A stretch of 64,000 nucleotides of DNA from NCBI GenBank assembly GCA_000934665.2, contig KZ538075.1:1-64000 (forward strand). The letters run 5' to 3'. The notes beneath the pieces were generated by a model, which had not been told where the DNA came from, ran no database searches, and saw nothing but the letters and a program-made list of their open reading frames with translations. Position 1 is the first letter of the stretch; each line of letters begins with the position of its first letter. Source of the stretch: Catajapyx aquilonaris (lineage: Eukaryota). Positions 53,301 to 64,000 of the stretch are shown here, piece after piece. The translations under genes were made by a program, and so were the position numbers.

Positions 53301-56300
53301 GTAAGAGCTGGACTGTGGGAACATTTCTACAATTTCGCAATTTCTTTCTTACCACACGAAGCGGCCAACAATTTATGAACCATTGTTCTGCACCACTAGA
53401 AGCATCAGAGAGCCTTGAAACTGGAAAGATTTAATGCACTAAAATATGACCTGGCTGTGTAAAAGGGAAAGGTGACGCACATTATGTCCGAGACATGTCT
53501 ATTACCACAGTTTTTTTTCGCAATATTGACTTGCATCTTTTTTTCCTTCAAATCCGCACGTTGCGAAACTCACACCTTTCCAATGACATTGTTCACTTTT
53601 CCTGTCACCAATTCAAATGTCACGGAAACTCTGCTAATCCTCTCCCGCTCCATAACCGCCACCATTAGTCTTTCCTTGAGCTGGACCTGACTCACGCAAT
53701 GCTCATTGCCCCCTCCAGCCATTTTGGGAAATGAGGCAATGGAAGGAAGTGCTGTTGCACCTGCACCATCAGAAAAGATCTTTGCAGTACATGGAAGGAT
53801 GTAGAGCAAAGAAGCAGGTTAGCCCCAAGGTGCATATAGGAAAACGTGAGGGTCAGTCAGGGCCGGTTAGTCAGAGGATGATCGGTGGCGGAAGGTCAAG
53901 TCCATCGGGTGCGGTTTCCCTCAGAAAATTTGCCTTCCTTCTTCCGTGATCTAGCTCAGGTTCAGTTAACAAAGCTGACGGGCGTTGTTTCAAGTTTCTG
54001 ACGAACTGCACGAGTTTCCCGTTAGGAATAAAAATACTCTTATCGAGGGCAAAGACGTGGTGTGTGCGTATGAAAATTTCGAGGAATCGATAGTGATTGC
54101 AAGTTGGTGGTGCGGGGTATGTGAACAACCTGTTGCGTCCAACTTTGCGGGGCCCCCGTACGGCAACAGTGTCAGTCTGGTTTCTGCCCAGGAAACCTGT
54201 CAGAACCAGGACGACTGAGTCATTTAACACCATGTTTACACACACAGTTGTCCCAACTTCCTACGAAATAGGGGAAGCCGCCTGGCTGACCGTGACCAGT
54301 TTCAGGGGTTCAGGAGAAAGGTATTGCATTAGCATCCGAGAGTCCGTACTCTCACGCAAAAGTAGTGCGAGGGAAGGTGTTGACTGGCACGCTACGATGG
54401 AATTTATTATACCAGATGAGTTGATTGGCTCCTCACGACGTATGCAGGTCAATGCGGTGCCAAGTACTGGAGGTTATGTCCTGTACGGATAATTAGTAAT
54501 TGGTACGCGTGACTAATAGCCCTTTCTTATTTTTTTTTCGTTTGATCTGAAGTCGGCTCACGAATGTCTTGGACACCCTCCTTCACCTCCAAAAGGATTC
54601 CCGAAGCCCCCAGAGTGTCACTCCTCTGCCGCTCCACATCTATCCTCAAACCACTCCCATAGAAACCACCACTGAGCAGACCAACCTTCCTCTGCGGGGC
54701 TCTTTTGGTACTTCCAGAGTCCAGACTCAACCCCTCCACGATTTTTTTTTTACCCCCTCTCACTATCTGACAGAGATGGATGAGACTGCAATGTGGCCAC
54801 AACATGGGCCAGGAACCATCTCTCGGACGGAGGCCATGCGGGGCCATTAGTTTATGAGCCTGCTCACTCACAATGCCAATCAGCGGTTTGCGCATGTCGA
54901 CTTATTCGACGGTGTCAGACCGAAACAACTGGACATAATTGTTGATATCAGCCTGCAATTCCACCTCCCATGCTCGACCCCACCCATTTCAACTCTGCGT
55001 GTCATCAAGGTTATCGCTGGAGTGGCTTTTTTCTCTCTCTCCACAACCTAGCTCTTGGACAATAGGGTGTCCCAGTGCTTCCTGGTTCTGGCGCCACATT
55101 ATTATTCAATCCATGCAAGCACGACTTCTAAATCTAGATCATCCGAGACATTCATCAGTATACACACTGTACTGCTATATAAGGATGGGATTTATAACCT
55201 TTCAGGAATACTTTGTTATTGCTGTTAATGTGGTTGCTCGCAACATGATAGGTCCATTCCAATGCTGCCAGCTTCTTCCAGGACGTTGACATGTCGAAAA
55301 GAATCGCAGTGTAACAACACGTGACAAGAACTCGGCCATACCATTTGGTATCAGGTCATCAGCAAGCTGCTTAATTCTCGACCTCTCCGAAACTCGTTGA
55401 CAAAAAGATTCCCGGCAGCTTATGAAATTCGAGTGGCCGGAATACAAATGAAGTAGCAAATGGAGACAACCCGATGGAACCTATCTGACAGACCGGCATA
55501 TTCTACAGCTCAGATAATAATTATGGAAGTAGCTTTATCTCTGACCGGCCACTAGTGACATTGGTTCTAACGGATTGCTTATTTGCGGACCACACCCACC
55601 CTCCCTTTGCACATTCATAGACCCATAACATTCCCAGCCAGTTTGATATTCCAGCCAGGCCCCCCTTCTTCAATCCTGTCAAGCTATAGAGGCCATCAGA
55701 TTTGACGTGATACCGCGTTTCATCACTGATTCGACCACTCTGAGCAGCCATGTCACCTTACCGCCGTTTTCATATGGACGACCCCTGTAGTCAATGAGCA
55801 ACAAGTCGCCTCTTCTTAATGCAATGATAACGTGCTTGTGACCCACAACACGAAATCTAAATGGTGTAGTAGTGTCCGTGTGCCTCCTCCTCCTTCCTGC
55901 GTCTACCACCCTGTTTTTCCATTCTTGTTTTTTTTCTTACCTCCTCCTCCTCCCCCCTTGCCCCATAAAAATCTCTCCAGACAAACCTTTTGGGAAGCAG
56001 CACAGCCTTGGTGGAGCCCATTCCCATGTCTCACTTCTACCCACGAATAGCCAACATGTGGACCATCATTTTGCCCCACCCTACACTGTTCACTTTGGTC
56101 TGGAAGGTCCTCTTCGTCATGGTACACTGAGTGGAGTTTATTTTCTCTGTCGGTAGTCAGGGGGTGTTCTGTGCTTCTGGCTTCTGGGAAAGAAACGTGT
56201 AACTGTTCCAAAGGCACAGCCTCAACATTGCGTCATATTTTAGTGTGTTTGTATAGTTTGCGTGTGGTAGTTTAGGTGAGTTTGAGATAACTGGCCAGCC

Positions 56301-59300
56301 AAATGAAGCGAACCTCATTAACCTTAACGAGCAGCACTGCCCTAAAAAAAGATTTCTCTGGAATTCTTCAGATATTTTTTTTTCCTTCCCTTCCCTCCTG
56401 AGCGACTTTGCTCGTGGCTGCTTAAAAATAGCCGAAATATGTCCCCCAGTTGGTTGTCCCCTTCGCAGACAAGCAATGAAGCTACCAGTAGGCCGCTAAA
56501 ACCTCAGACGGGGGACGAGGAGTAAAAAACAGGGTTATTTTTTTTTTTCGGAAGGTTTCGTGTAGCGTTCTTGAAAATGGTGGTGGTGGTAGCCCTTGAG
56601 CGGATGGTGTGGGCTATGTTTGGGGGTCTGGTCCCCATACGTCTGTCGTTTTGCAACGACATGGTAAGGGCATCCGAGGATGAGGCAGGCAGGAGGGCAT
56701 GGGGCTTATCGGCCGTTCCACCCAGACCAACGGCTCTCTCTTCTTTTCTGGAAGATGATTACATGTACCACTCGGGGGTGGGTTTGGTGGTCGACCGAAA
56801 GGATGATGTTTCCAGCAGCCTTTTCCCTCCTGGCTCCATATACATTACGGGGAACGGACAAAGTGGGTAATAACCTTGTCAGTCCACACAAAAGGATGTG
56901 AGGCTACACTTGTAAATCACTTCAATTACCTAACGTCCCATGCGCATCAACTTAAAGAATACAGATTGCTGAATCTCAACTCAACTCGAGTGTATACAAA
57001 AGATGGGGGCCAGGGAGAAAATAATCAAAAAAAAGAGCGGGAGTTTCACTTTTCCAAGCGCGATAATTAATTTTCATAAAGTGTAGGTACGATATCGGCT
57101 CATTCGGATGCGAAATTAGGACCGTAGACTAGTCTGGCTTCATTGTTCCGCTGCAAGTTATGGCCGTGTTCGTCAATTAAAAATTCCACAGAATCGCCCC
57201 GCAAAGTATGTCACAAATCTCCCATCTCTAACGCGCAAAATGATCTTTCGCAGCAGCCCTTCACTGCCCCCTAGTCAGCCAGCCTTTAATCCGCTTTAAT
57301 AGGGCAATAGATCTCTATTGTGGTCATTATAGCGTCCATTTGAATCTCGGTTCAACAATCTGCTATGGTCCAGTCTCCCCCGCACCTCCCCCCTCCACTC
57401 TGCTACTCCTGCTGGCATTTTTCCCCATTTGCCAACCTTGATGTATTCTCTACCCCCCACCACCAACACTACTACTACTACCCCCACTTGCAATCTGAGT
57501 TGGCTGCTGCTGGGCCCGCCGGCCGCATCATCCCGAGTCCAACAAACTCGTATATCACTTATTACGTCAGCGAAACAAAGCCTGCACATGTCCTCTCCTC
57601 GTCATAAATTACGCCTTATGGCCCCCAAGTCCTACTGCTAGTAGCCGACACCTCCGCCAATCACCACCACTTCTTGGCCTGCTCTGGAGGAGGATGAGAT
57701 ATGTCCACAAGTGACACCCCACAGACTATATATATACCCACTTCCTCCCTTTTTGTCCTCCAGGCCCAGCGCTCTGGGGACAGCCAATATTTGTCTCTCT
57801 TCTACTGACCAAAAACCTCGCGCAAACAATCTTGGAAGGGTCTTTCCTAACTGGCTAGGACTGCCGAGTCATTTCAGCACTCACGTCACAAAACCATGCT
57901 CATACTTCTCACAAACGAACAAAACTCTCGAATAAACAAACACTCAATTATATTCTCAAAATTCCTCGGAAGGCGCCAATTTTCTGGACCAATGTTTGTT
58001 TTTCCTCTACAGTGCAAGGACATGCGAACAAGATTCCTGGCCAACTGGGGGAAAAGTAAAATAGTGGAACCAGCTGCATATAACATGTAGCGTCCTATTG
58101 CTCGCGTCCAAGTGTGGGAAAAAACCCCGCCGAGTGTGGGGGCCACTGCTGCGTGTGCCCTCAGAGGTCAAGGAAGGGACAGAAGCCAACCAACAGCACG
58201 CTATCAGGAGGCATCTTCTTATGTTCCCACTGTCTCCAGCTGGAGGATCACCTTACCAACACACTCAGAGAGGGCCGGATGGCTGGAAAACTCCCCCATT
58301 TTGGTGAACATGGCCGGTCAAAAAAGGGCAAGTCACCACAGGGAGTGGTTGCAACTGTCAAGTCTTTTGTCAAGTCTTTGTACAATCAATATTGGTTACC
58401 CAACCCCAAAGATGATTAGGATTTTTTTTCTGGGTCCACTCTAAGAATATCGGGGAGTAAAAGCTGGAAGTTTGGATGAAATACCGTCCCAGAGGCGCCA
58501 AGCAGTGCATGAGAACTCAAGAGTCGAGCAGCTGATCTGGGGGCTGGCAATTGGTCAACCCGATGGCAAAGTGCCTTTATACACACTTACACCAGCTATG
58601 GTCAAAAAGCGGATCTAAACCGGGGTGAGGTTTCATCAGTCCCACCAAATTGACCCCGGAATTGACGTTTGAAATTAGCCCTGTGTGAGCGCTTGGAAAC
58701 AGATTCATTTTCCATCGGTCACAGGGATCCGCCCAGATGGGATAGTTTGCAGGCGACAAGAGGTAAACCAGATTTCATTGCTGGACCGCAGACGCCTCTG
58801 TTTGCAACAGCACCGCTCCGGGGGTGTGGGCCAGAGTTATCCGGGGCGGAAACCTGGCCTCGTCGTTTTTCCGGATCACTGTCATTGATGGTCAGGAGTG
58901 TCAGGCGTTTTCCCGGAGAGAAATCGAGGCCCTGGGCTGGGGTTATTTGAGCGTGCCACATGCGTTTAGTGGGGGTGCGGTCAGGTCCATTCTTATGCAG
59001 CTGCCGCTGGTGAAAAACTCGGTCCTAATCAACACTGGCCCCTTGCATCCTTAGGTGTGTAAGAACTGCTCTAATTTATGGGGACCCCAAAAAAAGTGTC
59101 CGGAGGTAAAAAGGGCTGCGGCTGCTGGTCGTCCGCATAAATCCTTGATAAAATCGCAGCTTTCCATGTACCCCCGCCGACTCCCATGGCCACTACGCCA
59201 ATTACGTCTCTGTGTAGAAATCTAATCCGATTTCACGCCTCGGGGGCCTTCCCCCGGCCTGGCTGCCCTATTCAACACGCCTTGTCCATACTCACACATA

Positions 59301-59893
59301 CGCATTTTCAACTCTTCCAGAAGAATCCCGGCGCGGCTGTGCGATTCAAGTCCGCGTTTTAAATCAGAGCGGATAGGAAGTGACGATTTGGACTTCTGAT
59401 TCAATTATTACGCGGCGTTTACGTCGCTTGCCTTTCCAGGGAATGGAAAATTCGCGACATGTTGTTATCATCCGGAGACAGTTTTTTTTCCACTAATAAT
59501 TATATATTGATTTGGTTCATTATTTTCAATTGACGTAAGCTGTGTAGCTTGGAATATAAGACGATAATTTCTCTAGTTGATTTTGGCAATTTTGGTTTCA
59601 TTATGGAAATAATGGCATGCCAATTTTTTTCCATTGTAGGGGTCCAAATCACCCGTGTTATATGAGTTGCCTGACTTGCAGGATTGTAGCATGGATAGGT
59701 AGCATAACTAAAATTTAAAGTTGATTATGGAGTCAAAATCGCAAAAATCTACTTGGATAAATTTGTTTTAAAATATCATGAGGATACCTGTTCAAACACC
59801 ACATTTTCCACATTTGTAATGCATTCCATATATGGGAGCAATCTAATGCATATCCTAACAGCAGCAGGTAACCAATAGGTTTTCCAACATGTT

Positions 59894-59906
59894 GGACCAC
59901 CCTGTA
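59894..59906 (-). mobile_element. Solo mariner-like terminus
   Basis: GGACCACCCTG|TA (reverse complement TACAGGGTGGTCC) ends an AT-rich block, and no partner TIR is visible nearby. A similar solo TACAGGGTGGT lies at 255-265. Confidence 0.3.
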
Positions 59907-62900
59907 TATAACAGACTTAAAATATACCTCCTTATCAGCGAATGAGCCCAACAGGAAAAATTTGATGCAATTAGTCAGAGAGTCTTTTTCGAAATCATAA
60001 CAAGTAGACTATACAGCATAGAAAGAGACACATATTCCATCCCAGTGAAGGGTTTACGTTGGGCAGCGCCAACTCTGAAAATGGAAAGCGAGAGACACAT
60101 AACTTATCGAATTACTGCACTTGCGACGCGACCGTCTCGGACAAGCCCCCAACCCGCGCCAAACGTGCATTACACCAAGAAAAATTGGCCAGGCTGGTCG
60201 AAAGCGCACATGTCGCTTATAACCCACCGGACAGCCAGAGGGGACACATTTCCTCATTGATTTTCCCCCCTACCCGCCCCCCTAGTATATATTCGAACCT
60301 GGACCGTGTTCAACCCACCAAAAAAATGCTGAAAGGAATGCAGCATTAACACCTCTATGCCCGTTAGTAGGTTAGGGTCCATTCCCTGAAGAGCCTGCAG
60401 CCCATATCCCTTTGCTTACATGACAGCCTGTCGAAACCGCAACATCCAAGCCCTGTCGACGTTGAGTTCCCCCCCCCCTCCACCCCTACCCCAACCCCCG
60501 AAGCCTATTTGAATTAAACTGTAATTACAGGCTCATATATTGAAGATGTCCAGAGAAGCCAAAAATGGTGTCCTTGGAGATACAAAGGTGCAAGACCCAA
60601 GTAACTAAAGGATCCTGACCTAAACATCAAGCATATGGCCAAGTGCGTGCGTCACGAGTGTTTAGAATAGGCGAGCGGACATCCTGCCAAAAAGGACTGG
60701 AGGATTTCGGTTGAAGAGCCCAAGCTAAATCCTTCAGATGGAGGAGGGGGTGGGAGAGAGATGCTTTTTGGCGACGGGAGGGAGGGAGAAGGGGAGGTTG
60801 TTCCGGCCAGTAGCGACTTTAGGCCCGGAGAACAAATTGCAGGGGCCGTTATGACCCAAGGAGGACTGCACTTGGGGTGACACGCTTTCTGCATATTCTT
60901 TATGGCCTTTTCAAAGTCGTAAATGTGGCTTTCTTGGGGCTGCATATAAAAGCTTATTTTCGGCCGTGTTATGGGGAATGCGCAGGAAGAAAATCTTGGC
61001 CACCTCCGCCAGAGTTATATGGAAAAAGGGGGAAGGGGGCAATAATGGGCGTCGGTTTAATGCGCTCTATATTGCATATGGAAATCTGCATTAGCGGCTA
61101 GCTGCAATAGTCTATAAGGCACAATGGAATGTTCTTTCGGCACCCCTTTCTCCTGGGCATATATTTTGCATTAGGCTATAAGAAGAAGGGGAGCATTATG
61201 GGGTTGGGGGATTTCCAAAATAAAAAAGGAGGGTGTCGTCCGTTATGGAGGCAATTTGGAGGCTGGACTGGACGCTATGTGCGACGTGTGGTTAAAAAGG
61301 TTGCCCCGTAGAATGTGAAAGGCAAGCTCCGATTTGGAAGGGACTCCCTGGGGTGGAGGGAGGATGTAAGGGAAATGAAGGTGGGGGACCTGTCCAAATC
61401 GGTTGTCGGCATGTAAATCAAAGGTGAGTCTGCTTCTGTACCATCGGGGCCCCTCACCCCTACGTTTTTCTCCCCTCCAAAGCAACACGCATGCTTCTAG
61501 AAACTTGTCGTCTAAAAGAGTGGGCGGAATTTGGCCCGTGCAATTTGCCGCTCGTAAATGCCGCGATTACTTGCACCCCAAGACGTGCCCATTCCACATA
61601 GCAGACTAAATAAAACGGATTATCCATCATGTTGGGGAGCCGAGCCAACCCGGTAACCTCAAACAGTATTTGCTCTTGCAGCAGAAAAGTTTCAGGAGAC
61701 GCTGCAATATTAGCCAACCCCCCCTTAAAATGCAGTTGGCCAAGTACAGAGGGTGCAGAGCAGCTGGGAAAGATTCAATAAGGCCTCTCCAGAAACGTCC
61801 TAATATCCTCCTCATCCTAAAGTCTCCCTCTCCCCACCCACACCCTTGCTGGAAGAGCCCCCTCCTCTCGTCCCTTCGTTAGAGGAGTCCTACTATAAAG
61901 TGTGGGGCTCGGAGAGTAATTTTCCGGCGGGACCAGATTTATAACATCGTTCTGCTTGTTTAATTAACCCTTTTTGGAGTCCATGCACGCGGAAGACTCA
62001 AGTTATTTTAATACTTACCGTCTTATTACACTTCTTAGATTAGGTGCGTTGTGATATGACCACCATCGCAGAGTCTTAGGGTCCATCACAGACCTGGGAA
62101 GACTGGTAATGTTGAAATAAAACCCAGCCCTAAACTCTTCAGAAGGGGAGCGCCTCGTAAAAGGGGAAATTCAAATAGAAGGATAAGGAGCGTTTCGCCA
62201 AATAAGAAAGTGCAAATGGATTAAACGTCTATTCTGTGCGACTCAATCTTTTTTACCCCCCGTCTCTCTCCCCTTCCCGCAGCCCCAATTTCCTCATCCA
62301 GACCGACACACAATGTCTATCACGGAGGAAGGGAGTTATGTGTCTCTCTTTTACTTCCTCTGGCCTAATTTGGAATCGTGGGATCCCCCAAAAATCTGTC
62401 TTTCCCTCCGCAAATCAATACCCGCGCAACTTGCAATTATATCACTGCTGTTGTATCTACGTACATTTTTTCATCCCCCTTCCTCCCCCCCATTCCCTTT
62501 TTTTACCATACAAGGGAGGACCAACATACATCAAGTGGACACATTTTGGCTTCGGAAAAGCAAGGCGCGAAGAGGCGACAAAAAGGGGGGTTCACGATAT
62601 AGGGAGCGGCCGGCTGATTTATCGCAAGTAATTGCCATAATGAACGCAATGCCGAAAGGGGAGAGAAAAGCCAACGCCGAATTAGAGGATGGTTGCATGT
62701 GCGTACCAGACAAAGAGTGTGTCAGCATGCCACTGCCTGCAATGTAACTTATTTCCCTGGGAGGGATGGTGGTGCAGCAGGAATCTCAAGAGAGCAAGGG
62801 TGTTACACGCCTTGTTTATGGACGCTTGTCAATTCGGCTGACTGCATGTTGTGACACACCCGCGACGTGTATTGGGTGTAACTTTGTATTATGCGTGCGT

Positions 62901-63837
62901 TTAGAGCTCTTAATTATGCATCTCGAGTGACGCCACTGCGTTACTATAGTAGAGGGTAGGGTATATAGTACGCAGCTTCTGGCAGGGTGGGTCAAACATC
63001 CATCTCGCGGTGGCCTCATTCTTGGCCCCACTGATATTTATGACCCGGTCGTGGATTTTTAGGAGGACGTAGGCCTTTAGCCAGGGGGCCATAACGTGAC
63101 AACTGGGAGATCTCAACCGTGCTTCAGGAAATGCCGAGCTTTTCATCGTGTATCGAGATGTGCGGACTGTTAGGCCTTAGGAGCGTGACTCTCATATTTT
63201 CGGGAGGAGGAAAAATGTGCATATTTTTGGTCGGTTTTCCCCAGGCTTATCTGTCTAGGGCGTTCCAGGAGACCCACCTTGAGGTCATCAGCAGCATCAT
63301 CAGCGAGACTTTACTAATATTCTTGGGTAACGATGTTGTGCTTCCTGGAGCTACGCCAGGCTGGCTAAAAGTCATTGCGTTTGGATAGGTGTGGTTGTGT
63401 GTCCTTCTTCAACTCAGGGTTTTCCTTTTGTGCCGGATAGAGGTTAGGAGGACGTTGAATTGTTTGCAAGAAAAAGGAAGTATTAATACTACGGCAGTTT
63501 CGCGTCGAGTACCAATTAAGTATGAGCCGAGGTCCCCTCTTTTTTTTGTACGAACTGTACAGTTTTGTATAGTCACGCAAACGCTAAACCATTTGTCAAA
63601 CCGCTTATTTTTAAGGCACCCCGTTACAATACTAGGGGTATGTTATTAATAAAATAAATAATAAGGCTGGCTGGCCAATTTCACACGATTGATCAGAAGT
63701 GTCAATCAAGAAACCAAACTTCTTACCAGAAAAGAGTGGTGACATTTTCGTGAGCTTTCTTAGTAGCCGCTTATCGATCTGGCTTCCCGAATGATTAGTT
63801 TCTCTAGATATTTTGGCAGGCGGAACTTTGGATGGGG

Positions 63838-63860
63838 GTAGAGAAAGAGAGAGAGAGAGA
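63838..63860. repeat. (GA)n microsatellite
   Basis: AGAGAAAGAGAGAGAGAGAGA. Confidence 0.85.
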
Positions 63861-64000
63861 CTGGTGGAGAAGGGGGGAGGGGAGGGGGTTAAAACCGACA
63901 AGTGAATCAGGCACGCGTAGCTAACCAACTTTGTCCCAGCAGTCCTGAGCGGTCATTTGGCAACTTCTAAGTCTCCGTGCGGTTGCATAATGGCTTCCTG

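Noticed and set aside
53985..54218. LIEGKDVVCA resembling the segment before helicase motif I
   Set aside because: Not followed by a Walker A (TGSGKT) motif.
57365..57607. ORF with HHQHYYYYPHLQSELAAAG, superficially like a transcription-factor N-terminus
   Set aside because: Derived from CAC/CTA triplet repeats, ends in a stop after 80 aa, and has no linked DNA-binding domain.
1..64000. CRISPR array, operons or prokaryotic defence systems
   Set aside because: No regularly spaced direct repeats and no dense coding sequence; the DNA is eukaryotic and non-coding in character.

Overview
This is eukaryotic genomic DNA, most likely from an invertebrate animal (inferred from SINE/LINE/MITE relics, microsatellites, long G/C homopolymers and the absence of operon-like coding density). 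I find no intact protein-coding gene, rRNA, intact tRNA, known miRNA or CRISPR array. The supplied ORFs are all under 200 aa, many start at non-ATG codons, and none is a complete recognisable protein; short spliced exons could still be missed by eye. The clearest structure is a ~1 kb near-complete palindrome (foldback element) at ~19.95-20.94 kb. Also well supported are two adjacent small TIR elements at 1.0-1.5 kb, tRNA-derived SINE fragments (two with a V-domain-like core) and decayed LINE fragments (RTE-like ORF2 pieces and a probable L1-type ORF1p C-terminus). The rest is a mosaic of AT-rich blocks and GC/CpG-richer blocks. The latter carry many homeodomain, Pbx/Meis, posterior-Hox/Cdx and nuclear-receptor motifs, which suggests but does not show a gene-free regulatory landscape near a developmental gene. 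I found no convincing previously undescribed biological system. Protein-family and SINE consensus comparisons are from memory and need profile searches.
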